The notes beneath the pieces were generated by a model, which was not told the origin of the DNA, did no database searches, and worked only from the letters and a program-made list of their open reading frames with translations. The position numbers and the translations under genes were made by a program. A stretch of DNA of 63,758 bases, the filler included, from Octopus bimaculoides (Eukaryota), in assembly GCF_001194135.2 (NCBI RefSeq). It is 5 parts of 5 records of this genome, joined end to end, with 100 filler letters (N's around TTAATTAATTAA, not from the genome) between each part and the next. Parts side by side here need not be neighbours in the genome. Positions count along the whole stretch, not along the records: positions 24,225 to 50,297 come from NC_068985.1; positions 50,398 to 60,354 come from NC_068982.1; 3 more parts are not named here. One strand, given 5' to 3'. This document shows, in pieces, positions 38,427 through 52,830 of this stretch (within the stretch, counting starts at the first letter, position 1; each line of letters opens with the position of its first letter).

Positions 38427-39388
38427 TGTGTGTGTTAAATTTGTTTAGGGGATACGTTTTCAATATGCAAATAAAACCCCTGCTCCTTTATGCCGGCCAC
38501 AGTCAAATGATGCTGACTGCTGAACTAGTTTCTTTCATAATATTATCATTATATATATATATTAAGGAGACCACTAGGTGGACTGTTAATGTGCTACAAT
38601 AATCCTTTGAGATCTCAGATATTATTTTTCTGAATCTCCTTGATTCTTTCAATGTGCTTGTTCCCTGGTATTAAATTGATAATTATTATCCAATTTTTTC
38701 CCCTACTGATTTAATTATATATATATATATATCAGGCCCCGTGCGTTTAGTAGAAATGATCATTACTATATATATAAGGAAGAGTCTAAATTCAGAGATG
38801 AGAATGTTATAGTAATTGTGAATGAATATTCTTGTATTTTTTTTTCTTTCGAATATGCAAGACCATACACAGAGGAAGATACGAGCGAACGAAACTGAAA
38901 GCATCAAATAATACATCTCCGGAATTTCGATAAAGGATTTGACCAGATAAAATAACTAAAAATATAGATGAACAAATAAGAGCAGAGTATTTCTTTAGGC
39001 TCGATCCTGGCCTTTCTTTCGCTATAGCATAAATGGACATATACGAGGAATAATTTAACAAACTATAGGAATTTTTTAGAAATATATTTTGTATCTAAAA
39101 CATAGGATTAACATAACATGCACATAAACAGCTGAATGTGTCTATAACTTACGCGTCTTTTTTTAACATTAGCATCTTTGCTGTAATATTCTAACACGTC
39201 AATAACCGGTTTACTGCATACGTATGTGGAAAATGTATATTAGCAATGGAGATCGATGTATTTGGTGAAGAAATCCATATAAAAATATAATGAAAGCAAT
39301 CAATATACTAAAAACAATCAGCCTGAATAATATTAAAGATATAAAATCGAATATATATATATATATATGTATATATATNNNNNNNNNN

Positions 39389-39420
<32 letters not shown>

Positions 39421-39547
39421 TGTGTGTGTGTACATATGTGTGTTTGTGTGTGGTTACATAGGCATATATACATACATGTTAATTCTGTATAAGAAACTAA
39501 CGGTCGCAGTATGCTTACTCCAATACGGGTAGTAAAAAGTAGATAAA

Positions 39548-39598
<51 letters not shown>

Positions 39599-40639
39599 CG
39601 TAGATAAGTAGATAGAATGATATATATATATATTTATATATATATATATATATATATATAGATAAATAAATAGATAGATAGATGCATACATACATGCATG
39701 CATACAAACATACATACATGCATACATGACACATATACATACCATACACGCATGCATACACACATGCATATCCAAATCACATACTATAAATAATCAAACT
39801 TAACAATACAAAAGCTGTTGACATATCAAAGTAACAGTGATCAGCAAGATCTGAAGGAGAATTACACGAGGGAAAATATGAATAAGCCAAAAATATGCTT
39901 TTCAGTAGAATATCCGTGAGATGGAAATGTTTTAGAAGCTAATGATATAAGAGTCAGTGGATTAAAACTCGGGATATTCTCATCAAAACGCTAAGGATCA
40001 TTCAAAGTCAATGAATCGCAAGGAGAATATTCAAATCAAGTTCCGTATCGGAACAGTCATGAGAAGCAATTAAGCCCCCGGATAGTAGCTCTGTGGTTAT
40101 TAAACCTGAATAATACAAAATCTAGAGGGAAATGTCAATTCTCGCAAAAACCTGATTAACATACCTAAAGGGTTTGCACTAAGTGCTTGATTTATAATCA
40201 ATGACCAACTGAAAAAGACAGAAAATACAGCTGAACTATCATCCAGAGGAAAAACGAATAAAATTATCAAAAGAGTAATGAAAGGAAAATATTCTTTCAA
40301 CCTGTAGTTCCGTACCGAAAATGAATACAGTATACGATGCTTTCAGTGCAGTGTTATTGCATGGAATTCATGTTCACATGGAAAAACTTTCCCAGACAAA
40401 CAGAGGAAGAGAACCAACACAGTTTCTGCATACAGAACACATAAAATATGAAGACCGATTAAGTTACGCCTACAAACATTGTACCAGTCCAACCCATGTT
40501 TGATGGAAACATGAAGCATTGGTACTTTACAAATAATAACAATACATATTCAATCTTTACTAACCACAAATAACCCCGCGTAAACAGATGAGTATATAGT
40601 GCATACAGCCCTGTTGAAAGTGAATATTCCAACTAGATT

Positions 40640-41225
40640 TAATAAACTCCGCCATTGTGAAGGCGGAGGTATTGTTCACAGCCGTCTTTGTTTGTTTGTT
40701 TGCTTGTCTGTTGACAAGATATCTCAGGAACCGCTGGATGGATTCTGATGAAACTTTCAGGGATGTTTGGCCTCGTTACTGGCACGAACCGATTAGATTT
40801 TGTAATCGATCCGGTACCAGGCAAGGATTCTGGATTATTTGCAATATTTACTTTACATAATTACGATCTTACGTCAACTTTCAAGTCTTTCTCAATTATC
40901 TCCCTTTAGGTTGTAACTATTTTGAATGGGGAATTTGTTAACTTTGGCTTGTACTATATAAAGTTAAACTATCTATTACTGTTACTAAATTTTATACAGC
41001 CACCTTCACATTTTATGACTACCATTGGATACTTGATTAGTGTTCTGGTTTTTTTAATTAATTTTTGAGAGCGGTCAGGTTTATTTTTAGTATTCTCATT
41101 TGAGAGAGCAGTCGAGCTTATTTCAGATATTCTCATTTTAAAAATCATCTCTGGCTAATCAATCGTTGAGAGGATGTTGGTGTTGCCTTGCCGGAGGTTT
41201 CGCTTTCTGAATGTTTTGTTTTTTT
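40640..41225 (+). mobile_element. Non-autonomous Helentron-associated (HINE/DINE-1-like) element
   Basis: 5' hairpin CTCCGCC(attgtgaa)GGCGGAG at 40647-40668, then a (TTTG)n microsatellite, core aaccgctggatggattctgatgaaacttt, and a 3' subterminal repeat GCCGGAGGT at 41190-41198 followed by a T-run. Confidence 0.68.
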
Positions 41226-43400
41226 ATGGCTTACTTTAAAACATTTAAACAATAACCTAAACATGAAAAAGAGAAGAATGCACGCTTCCTTTACGATACA
41301 CCTCCGAGAAAGCAAAATACGATTATATTTCTCACAAATACCAGCATATCACTTTTTTCTTGGTAATCTATAAACCTCCGAAACATATCCAACAAACAGG
41401 ATCATTAAGCAATAAAAATTGACAATTACTTTAGTGTATGAAAGCCTAACTTATAACCGAGCAGTTTATAATTAATTGGTATAAAGTATAATAAACTAAA
41501 TTACACGAAAATGAGGACCGTTGATATAATCCAACTTCAGTGATCCATCAACATTACGGATATCTTCTAATCATATCATATCATCTTTAAGAGAACATCT
41601 AAATGCCTGGTAATTATTATGCTTTTCATTGAAATCAAGAATGCAAGCTCCTATTTCACTGGAATATGTCATGGGGTATAATTTTCGATAATGATAGTGC
41701 ATATATACTTCACTCTAGCTAAATATTTTCTCACCTTGAGCTGGGCAATGAATAGCAGTTCGCACATTACAGAGTAAGACGGTGGAACACGCTTAAAAGT
41801 CATTTCCTCTTCATGAATGACATATAAATCAAAGCTGCCAATCATAACCACCTTTCAGATATCCACAATATTGGCAAGCAGTTTGTCAGAGATATTAAAA
41901 TGTCCGAATGACTGGAAAAATACAAAAACGTGATTTTAATATTTATAGAATGATTTATAGGGAGTTGACAACGAGGCAAAATGGTAAGTCGAGCAGATTA
42001 TTTGAACATCATGGAGAGGAGGTAATACAGTAGCTGGACAATCTTGTTTTCTGTATAATATTTGATCATGTATGAAATTAACATTGTGCGTGGGAAATAT
42101 GTGCCAATATTACAAAGAAGAGGAAATTTGTTTGAAATTCATCTAAGCAGCAAAAATAATTACCTGTGGCATTAATATATTTGCAATGTCAGTCATAATA
42201 TTGGTTTTATAGAGCTGGAGTGAAATCAAACTCACCTATTATCTGTAAAACATAAACATAGGTATTTTCTGAATCGGCATCACATGAAGAATCTGGAATC
42301 TAGTAGCTATATATCGAAAGAGTGTGTTTTAGAAAGTTTAAATTACGGACAGACTATTAATAAAGGATATTGGTAAAACAGATATCTACATTATTTGCTG
42401 GATTTCTAACTCACATTAAAGACTTGTAAGTTCCTGTATTTTTATCACACGTTGAGTAGTATATTAAATACTGCCGAATTATATACTATTCCCTAAACTG
42501 TATTAGATATCGAACAGCAAAAAAAAAGCGGTATCTTTATCTAAAGCAACTGGAATAGTTTACATAAGCGTGTCATATGCGTTAACTCTCGGGAAACACT
42601 GAAATAAAGACAAGTAACAAAAGAATGGGCATAAGTATGTTCGATTAACCAACTAGAAGAAAACCTCCTCCCTCTCTTGAAATCATATTCGGATTTCAAG
42701 TACAGAAATACCAGCACAGATAAGAATTCAGATATGCACTTATCAATAGTGACGGTCACGGCCTTATTGTCTACAATTGCCGGCCTGTTTGTCCGAGCTT
42801 CCTTTAAGCAATACACCACCAACAAGATAAACAATAAACACCGATCCGTAATCAACACGCCCTCTGTAAGAAATTATAGAAATATAACGACCACGCGTCT
42901 TGCTTAGACGAATATATTTCATCTGAATATGGTGAGAGGAACATTATTTGTAATATACCCAAAGGCATCGCTATTAGACATATCTAAAATATCTATAAAT
43001 CCTCAAAATATTGATTACAAATATAGCCTGTCTAAGAGGTTGAATAATTCACTACATATTGTCAACATGCCAGACACTAGCTGCCAACAAAATTACTTGC
43101 AGAAAATACAACTATATAGCTTTATAAACATCTTGCCACCTAATTCAAGATTTTATGAGAGTAATTGAAAATTAAATTCGCTATATTGTTAAACTTAAAA
43201 ATTCAAATAACACAAATCCCACGATCAAAGGAAACGTAATAGGCGTGTCAGTAAATACAAATTCTGATTTCAGTGCAAGGTGAGCAGTTTTGATGAGGGA
43301 GGTTTGGTTAATGTAATCAACCAAGAACATGAGTGGCATTTCAAAGAAAAAGGCCACCTCGGTTCGATTTGGTATCAGAAGGCAAAGAGCTTGAAGAAGT

Positions 43401-43458
43401 ATTTATTTATTTATGTGTTTCAGCCAAGTGGCTGCGGTCATGCTGGTGCACCACCGTG
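43401..43458 (-). mobile_element. Extremely 5'-truncated copy of the same LINE tail
   Basis: atttatttatttatgtgtttcagccaagtggctgcggtcatgctggtgcaccac is identical to the tail at ~50065-50118. Confidence 0.7.
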
Positions 43459-43659
43459 GGTGAAGCTTTTTTTTTACAGCGCCATAATGTGTCTTCCAGT
43501 TTCTGCCATCATCATAAGTATAATGGCGAAGAAGAAGAAGAAGAAGAAGAAGAAGAAGAAGAAGAAGAAGAAGAAGAAGAAGAAGAAGAAGAAGAATCCC
43601 CGATAGACACAATATCTTCAATCAACAGCCTCATAATATTGTATACTGTGCGACGTCTA

Positions 43660-43760
<101 letters not shown>

Positions 43761-43834
43761 GGAAGAAGAAGAAGAAGAAGAAGAAGAAGAAGAAGAAGAA
43801 GAAGAAGAAGAAGAAGAATGATAATAATAACCCT

Positions 43835-43957
43835 TTCTATTATAAGCCCGAGACCTGAAATTTGGGAGAGGGGCCCAGTCGATTAGATCCACCCCTGTAC
43901 TTCACTGGTACTTAACTTATCGACCCCATAATGATGAAATGCAAAGTTGACTTCGGT
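43835..43957 (-). mobile_element. SINE family A 3' half embedded in trinucleotide repeats
   Basis: cagtcgattagatccacc...ctggtacttaacttatcgacccc...aaagttgacttcgg. Confidence 0.7.
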
Positions 43958-44016
43958 GGTGGCGGCGGCGGCGGCGGTTTCTTTTGTGACGGCGGTGGGT
44001 GGTGTTGGTGGCGGGC

Positions 44017-44059
<43 letters not shown>

Positions 44060-44086
44060 GCAGCAATGATGCTGCTGCTGCTGCTG

Positions 44087-44131
<45 letters not shown>

Positions 44132-44450
44132 TAAACTCTCTGAACTATAAACTCACTGCTACTACAATTATAAACTTTCAATCCCATTTTGAGGTATATA
44201 TGAAAGGACAGTACTGTCTTCTTTCTGTCCATAAGAGATAACATTCAAAGACAATGCAGGCGACATTCATTTAGAGACTTATGAAGATCTAGTAGAATGT
44301 GGTCTAATGCTATCTGCCGATTTGTGTAATGCATCAATCTTTGCAATAATCATAAAGATGGTAGGTATATATACGTTCCTTTACCAAAACTGAGAAACGG
44401 TAAATTGTATTTCATTGAAGGAAAATGATATGTAGTATATTGAACGTTGT

Positions 44451-44535
<85 letters not shown>

Positions 44536-45304
44536 TAGAGAGAGAGAGAAAGAAAGCACTATTTTTATAACCTTGAAGCAAAGCTTAAAAGCAATATCTA
44601 TGATAGAGTACCAAAAAGGGTATAAGAACTTTTTAATATCTAACAGCTTTAAGACTCACTAGTTTTCATTTATATATGCACCTCTCAAATCTCTATCGGC
44701 AACAATGATATAATGGCTACAAATAGTAAGAAAGATCCAATTAAATATACGTCTCAAACACTCTTAATACCCAAATAAAATGGCCTCTGAACAAACTCGA
44801 AACGCTTTCTTATTTCAAATATCGTTATTCCTTTCCTTTGGCTGCCATAGCAAGTGCATCTCATCTTTATATTGCCCCTTCCTCTCTATGCAATTCATCC
44901 CCTTGAAGAGATATTTAGTCAGTCATTCACTCAAGTGATATCGTTGTGCTTATTTTAATTGTGAACTACGTAGCTAAGAAGCCATTATTCATTTTATCTC
45001 ATGACAATAACATATTTAAATATTCACCAGATATATCCATAAAGAGAAATTCATCCGGCACATTTGTAACATTCAACCTAAAACACATGGAATAAATAAA
45101 TTGCACCACGCCAAATGAGTAGCCTTCTCATTCTTCACATCTTATTTAAAAGAAGCATCCGGCATTTCCAAAACATTACGCATAAAATACAAGAAATATG
45201 TCCCAACATTTATGTAAATGAATGCCAGCAAAAGATGCATGGTCAAATATATTTAGACATAGCATTTTCAAATTTTGGACAAGGTCAGCACTTTCCGGAT
45301 TTGG

Positions 45305-45372
45305 GTAAAGCGATTGCATCGACTCCGAAAGAATGAAACGAAAAGTCGACCCCGGTGGAATTTGAACTCATA
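45305..45372 (-). mobile_element. SINE family A fragment
   Basis: aaagtcgaccccggtggaatttgaactca. Confidence 0.6.
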
Positions 45373-45602
45373 TAGTAATACATGTCAAAAGCCCACTAAA
45401 TCAAAAGCACGAAAAATAAATTTAAATAACCAATTTTAACTCAACAAAATATAGCCACATTGATTGAGTCATTCTCTTTTAGTGTCTTTTACTGAACAGA
45501 CGTGCTCTTCTGCTGCTCTCATTTAATTGTAGGTTTCCCCTTTTGAGAATAGCTGACTTCTCCAAAAGAAGTCATGTACAACACAAAACGTAAGACCAAA
45601 TA

Positions 45603-46120
45603 GTTTACAGAACGCTGTCTCTGGCAACAAACATGATAGAGATAGCATCTTAGGATGCCATCGAAAAGTGCCTTCCACCAATTTGTCACGACATGAAATA
45701 CATAAATAGAGGAAGGTGCTTCGGCTCAGTCGAGGAGAAATTCGCTTCCGCAGAGGAGGGAAAGAAACACTCAACGTGACCCTTAAAGTCGGTAGATCTG
45801 GTGTTACTTACGACTTACCTCGGAAGGCGAACATCGAAAATAAGGATAGAGGAGGTCCCACCAGAGATCGATGCAGTGCGGCTGGTGGCAACTATACTGC
45901 TGAACCTGGAAGATAGAGCCCCTATCCTTCAGAACACCAGGCTACACCAGCAGAACTGTTGGGGCCAAGGTCTGGAGCTAATACTCCAGGCCGCCCAGAG
46001 GGACTTGGAAGAGATACCAGAGCAAATAATACTGCTCGCCGAGACAAAACTAAGAGTTATGGTGGAGGGAAGAAGTCCAAGGTGCTTAAGTGTAGGCAAA
46101 AGGGCCACGTAAAAACATAT
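45603..46120 (+). pseudogene. Non-LTR retrotransposon ORF1 (gag-like) remnant with zinc knuckle, L1/Tx1-like
   Basis: One frame with internal stops: VYRTLSL...YLGRRTSKIRIEEVPPEI...KLRVMVEGRSPRC, then after a frameshift LKCRQKGHVK (Cx2Cx4H knuckle remnant). Confidence 0.62.
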
Positions 46121-46525
46121 TCCTTGATACACAAATTTACGTCATCATATTAATTAAAATATAGAATATTTTACATGCCGTAATATTACATTACTGAAAG
46201 GAAAATGTAATCAAATGTCTTTCACTTGCGTATCTCTATTCCGATCTATTGACCCGGTTATCATTAGTATTCACACAAATGTTCAAAGATTGAGTCCGTA
46301 GTGCATACGTTTTCAATGATTGCCCATGTGAGATGTTGTTTACTAACATATCGATCCCCTGTTTTGTGATGTGAGATATGCATAAGGGATTCGCTGTATA
46401 GTTTTCTGGACTACACTGTTCGTCTTTCGTATAAATGGTACACATAGAGACATATTATTATAAACGTAAATACATATAAACATACATACATATACAATAT
46501 AACCTATGTATACCTCTGTGTGTGT

Positions 46526-46619
<94 letters not shown>

Positions 46620-47579
46620 TTACTTACGAACGAGATTATTTGATTTTGTGTAGATTTTTGTTTGAATATGTATATTTAACTGTTTATGAAAGACTGCAAA
46701 ATTCTGTATTTTTACTTTTGTTAAGCAGACTAACAGAAAATTGTAATGCTGTCAAAATAACCGTAGCAGTTCTAAAACAGATCAATAGGTTTTAAAGAAG
46801 CGAAGTATATGTTCCATAGAGAGGCGTAACCTGAATGTAATATTGCTATAATGTTATAGGAATGAAGCCTGTTGAAGATACTGCAACAATAGTTGTGACT
46901 CTGGCCAAATATCATGGATTCTAAATGTATTCATTGTTTGTTTCGAAGTGACTGAAAGACATTTTGCAGCATTTTTCTTTTTTTTTTTTTATTAAAAAAA
47001 GTAAAACGAATAATGTGGATTGTGCAAGCAACAAACTCAGGAAATAAACCACTGAACTGAAAAGTATGGCCTAAAACATCTTGAAAGCCATTCCATAGAC
47101 ATGTTACGTGGGTGCTCATTGTTCGTGTTTTATTTTAATGGAAATGACGCCTCGCATATATCGAGTGCCAATTCATATTCAGCTGTTATAAAAATGGTTA
47201 TTCTTAAACCGAGAACAAATCACATTTACTAACAAAGGGTAATGTATTTTGTTTTGCTTTTGTTTTTGTACCGCTTTAGCCATACATAAACCATTCTGAG
47301 AGTAGAAATAAGATCATTGCGTTTCTAGCCGTGGCCCTCTGGCTTTTTAAAGAATAACGGATCCTCACATTTTATTATCCGTTGTATATATTAATTCGCT
47401 TCTCTATTACAATAGAATTTCCTTTGATTATGATTTTTTTTATCAATTAACCTCTACGGACCAATTAAATAGAACATCGTTCTGTGCGTCTCCTGTGAAT
47501 TCCGCCGCTGAAAAGAAGAAATTACGCCGAAACATTTGGGTTTCTTGGGACGTTTGACGTTAATTCAAGTTACGCTCCA

Positions 47580-47639
<60 letters not shown>

Positions 47640-49128
47640 GGCAAATTTGCAAAATCTTCACCCGAACCGGACAAAATGCTTACTGGCTTTACCCTTTATG
47701 TTCAATTTCCGCCAAAATCGTCACTGAGATCGAAAGACTCTACTAGCTTCCTTCCCCACTCATAATGTCAGGCATTGTGCTTGTAGTAGACCGCATTATT
47801 ATGCCTTGTCTTTTAATTACTTGTTGTTGTTGATTTGTTGCTTTAGTTTTAATGCTAGGTACTCACTATTTTCGATGTCCTCTACATGTGACCGTCTTTA
47901 AAAACAATTCAGTCATTTCTTATTAAGGAAAAAAAACATAGTTTTGTGCTATTAATCTGATCTCAGTTCAGATTCAGTAAGCGTGTTTCAAAATTTAGCG
48001 CCCTACCTCTAAGTTTTCAGTGTATTTTTTATATAATTATTACAACATTAACTGGTACATAGAACTAAAGATTTGCATATGAACCATACACAAAACGAAT
48101 GCATAAACACATCTATTGTCTACCTGAAAGACACGGTATCCTTCAATCAAAAACCAGAGACAAAGATATTATACCTTTAGCATAACTTTTCTAGTCAGTG
48201 AATACCACCAATTATAATGTGCTTCAAGCTTCATATTTTGCTGATAATCAAGCGTAATGACAACGGCTTAAACTCTACCAGTCTAGCATTGGCTCCAAAT
48301 AGTGTCTCCATATTTTTCGTCAAGACAAAAACTAAATATACTTTATGATAGTACACTAGTAGGCCAAGGTCTGACTGCTGATGCCATTAGAGTCTAACAT
48401 TTATAGATTATCAAATGCCAATATTTCAGTACTTGTTTGTACAGATTACAAATCCAGTCGGACGGAAATTATTTTAGTTCCTATAATTTCGAAAAGGTAC
48501 GAAATATTTAATGCATTTTGTCAAACAAGTTAATCAGTCCAGATGTATAGTCCTGGTTATTTTCAAAGAGGATAAGAATACTGATATGAAGACATGTGAA
48601 ATCAACCATAATTAGTTTGTATGTTCCCCATGTTAATATTAATAATAGAAAAAATTGATATAAAATAAAATGAAAAATGGACATCCTAGGTATAAAATCA
48701 AAAGATATAACTCTTGGCATCAGAGCTTTGCTTCCTTTTGAGTGATTTACGATTGTTATTCCCAAATACGACTAACAAAGCCGAACTCCCTAATGATGCT
48801 TTCATAAACTTACAAAAGAGTTCCAGACAATTCTTAGTGTACACAGCTCTGATAAGTTACATGATAATACATGAATTCAACGAACATTCAAATAAGCATA
48901 TGTTCGAATGGTCTTATATCATATGTGAATTAAAATAGTATATGTGCTTATATATATATATATATATATGTGTGTATGCGTGTCTGTATGTATGTATAGA
49001 TGTATGTATATATATATAGATATGCATATATAACTTCATATACATATATATATGTGTGTGTGCATATGTATATATATATGTATATTATATATATATACCT
49101 ATACATATAAATATAGATGCATACATAT

Positions 49129-49159
<31 letters not shown>

Positions 49160-49507
49160 GTATACAGGTAGAAAAAATAATAAACATATATATATATATG
49201 CTATATGCATATATGTGTGCGAGTATGTGAGAATACATATAACATTTCTATGGATGTATAAACTGATGAATTCTGCGTACCATGGCACATTGCTATGTAT
49301 TTAATTAAAATAGTACAATGGATTGATACTGGCGCGATTAAGCAAAAAAGATTCAACTCTGTATGATTTATGTGCACAGACGGAAAATATATGTGTGCCT
49401 TTGTGTGTGTTAGCGTGTATATATGAATATGATTGTATGAATGGGTCTGTGTGTAAATAGATGATATGTATACGTATGATTTTATGTATAACTATGCATA
49501 TATATAC

Positions 49508-49546
<39 letters not shown>

Positions 49547-50010
49547 TGATGACACACACGTATATATAGATATATACATATGTATGTATGTAACATTTTA
49601 CAATACAAATACTACAGAATATTAAAATGTGCATAGTCTTTGACCCAAGTTTACATAAATATAAGCAAACATACACACACACATCCCGGCCTCACAGATT
49701 CTCATAAATATCTCTTCCTGTTATCATAAATGTTTTTCATTTATTCACTGGTCGATTTATTATTCTTTATCTGTATGTAATGTCTTGTTCTGTGTGATTA
49801 TAAATGCGCACACATACATACAGATATACGTATGTGTTTGTGCGTGTGTGTGTATATGTATGTTTATATATATGTATATATTATATATACATATATATAT
49901 ATGTACATATGATATCTGGTATTCCCAAATATATATATATATATACATAATATATAAATAATATATATATGCATTAATATGTAGTATATATGCATATATA
50001 TATGCATATA

Positions 50011-50049
<39 letters not shown>

Positions 50050-50053
<4 letters not shown>

Positions 50054-50297
50054 TTATTTATTTATTTATTTATTTATGTGTTTCAGCCAAGTGGCTGCGG
50101 TCATGCTGGTGCACCACTGTGATTTTCACGTTCCTTGCATGGCTCTTCTCCCCCACCTGACATGGTCCAATCAAGAGTTTTGATGGCACATCTGGTGTAT
50201 AAGAGAATTTGACACAGCTGCCCTAAACTGCGTCTCATTACGAGCCATTGGTTCGTCTGGTATCGTGGAGAGGAAAGCGTCAAGTTTTGTCTTGAAG
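50050..50297 (-). mobile_element. CR1-group LINE 3' end (RT C-terminus, 3'UTR, (TAAA)n tail)
   Basis: FKTKLDAFLSTIPDEPMARNETQFRAAVSNSLIHQMCHQNS* followed by a UTR ending ggtgcaccagcatgaccgcagccacttggctgaaacaca(taaa)n; runs into an N gap. Confidence 0.75.
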
Positions 50298-50397
50298 NNN
50301 NNNNNNNNNNNNNNNNNNNNNNNNNNNNNNNNNNNNNNNNNTTAATTAATTAANNNNNNNNNNNNNNNNNNNNNNNNNNNNNNNNNNNNNNNNNNNN

Positions 50398-50430
<33 letters not shown>

Positions 50431-52619
50431 TACATACATACAAATATATATATAGCATACATATAATTATATGTATATAGGTTTTATATATATATATATA
50501 TATACGCATGAATGCATTTATATATGTATGAATGTATCCCTAAGAACACACACCTCTATTGAGACGTATGTGCGTCTTCGCTTGTCAGCTAAAACAACCT
50601 GATGATAGTAAGTAATTTTACACAATAACATTTTACACGAAATAAAATAGAAGGAAGAATATTTTCTATGTGTGCGCTTCTGACAGCGGGATGCATTAGA
50701 CGAAAAATTGACCCTGTCTATTCGATTAGTGTTCATTTATTTACAGACATATCAAGTGATTGCTATATGTCTGAACTCACTAAGACATTAATTCTATATT
50801 ACGGTCCCGAAATATCGTTTGAAGAATGATGAGAAAACAATGCGAATATTTTGATCATAATTCATGTTACCACGCTTGATATATCATTATTGTATTTGGG
50901 GACACATTTGCGCCGATTAGGACATGACGAATTTAATTCGTTGTGTTTATTCAATGCGTTGGTGTATTGTTTTTGAATTGAAAAGTTGTCTCAGAATACA
51001 ACAATTTTAGAATATAATTGGGTAGGTGAACTTAACGCTTCAGCTCCGAGACCCAAATTGAAAATATTGACTTTTATTATTATATTTCAAATCACATATT
51101 CATTTCTAGTTTTGTGTCCAGTCTTGTTTGCAACTTTATGAACATGATGATGGTTAACTTTATAATTAGATTTTCGATGGAGCTGCCATTGAATTATCAT
51201 ATATTTATATTGAAAATATAGATAATATTATTCCTCGGGATCGATTGTTGCACTGGTTCGGAAACTGGATCGTTTCTTCCTCCACATAACTTGGTATAAA
51301 AACCCACGAAGAAGAATGCTTTTCACATCTTTTAAATAAACTCAGTAATTCTCATCTTACAACAAATACACACACGCGCGCGCGCCACAGTTGCAAAAGA
51401 TAGACGGTTCGATGTGGTAACGTCTAACAAAAAGCACAAAAGAAACTTCTGAGAAATAACGAATAATATCAAACGTTTTATAAATAAACCAAACGATTCT
51501 CAGATCAAGCTAGAACACTGGTTCCACATAGTCAGTTCATGTTATAATATTTATTTCCTATAAGAAAGCGAAGCTTCGAGAATAATCTCAGAATGGTTTC
51601 TTTTACGATACACGGTACTGATGATAACCAGGTATCTAGAAAAGCATTCACCAGAGGACATTATGCAATGACTTTTCGTGCTTAAATAACTATTGCTAAA
51701 AGTGAAAATTATTCTCAAAAGCAAATCTGAAAAAAAGGGGGTTTTTTTCTGGCCTAACATGTACCAGATATATCTGAAATGATCTAAATGTTTGCTCACG
51801 TGAGATGAATATTTTGATATCCGTAACATTGCGATCGTTTCGTAGTCAATACCACGGAAAAATAACTTATTTTACTGCATAATAAATGATTCTACCTGTC
51901 TGCATTAGTGTACATGTTTCAAATTATATAATACTATTATAGAATTTCCAGGGTAATACAGGTACAGAAGGCTAGATCTTCAAATCGTAGAATATCATGG
52001 AAATATTCATCTTTAACTCAATATATACATGCAAAAACAAAATATCATCTCCAAAATATTAATGTATGGAAGACAATAGTTGATAAAACATTTTTCTATA
52101 GAAGCTGGGAGAAGATTTCGTGAGATTTAAAAAGTAAAGTTTGCAGTTTTAATATTTTACTACATGTCCCTGGTCCCTTTTATAGGACATGTTTTATTGA
52201 TTATTGTTTTCCATTCATTACTGTTTCGAAGATAACCTTTTGCTTTCATATATAAATATATATATATATGCATGCTTGGAAGGAAGATGTGTAGCATGTA
52301 TGATCGTTGCATTGACAATGACAGAGAAAGTTGAGCAGAGACTCTACATAAAATTCTGCCAAAAGCTTGGCGATACCTGATCAGAGTCCTGCGCAAATGA
52401 AATGAACGTTCTTAAAATTATTTAAATGTTTGTATCTACGCATTTGAAAAATACTCATTTTTGGGCAGTGAAAATACTTTTTGAATTTCGGAAGTTTCAC
52501 AAAAATTTGCCGAAAACAAAACATTATAGCATTTCCCTTCGAATTACCATGCAGTTATTGTATATAACGAACTACAAAATAAAGCCAGTTCGAATTCCAA
52601 TGCAAGAACTACTTATATT

Positions 52620-52830
52620 GGTCTCGAATATTGGCACAAGGCCAGCAATTTCAGGGGAACAAGAAAGTCGATGACATCGATCTCAGTGTCTAAATGGCAC
52701 TTATTATATCGACCCCGAAATGATGAAAGGCAAAGTCGACCGCGGCGGAATTTGAACTCAGAATATAATCTGAGCTCAAAGAATCACGAAAGCATTTTAT
52801 CCGGTATGATAACTGTTCTGTCACCTCACC
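52620..52830 (-). mobile_element. SINE family A
   Basis: ggcacaaggccagcaattt...tcgaccccgaaatgatgaaaggcaaagtcgaccgcggcggaatttgaactcaga. Confidence 0.82.

Noticed and set aside
41500-41580. DGSLKLDYINGPHFR on - as the ALP penultimate exon
   Set aside because: Wrong spacing versus PYTTLxYxNGPG, wrong phase, weak acceptor.
42760-42863. GRVDYG after a strong acceptor as the ALP GRIDHG exon
   Set aside because: No similarity beyond six residues and a stop after 33 codons in that frame.
51613-51653. CTGATGA...GAAA on + as a hammerhead
   Set aside because: Stem II is not formed and stem I is out of register.
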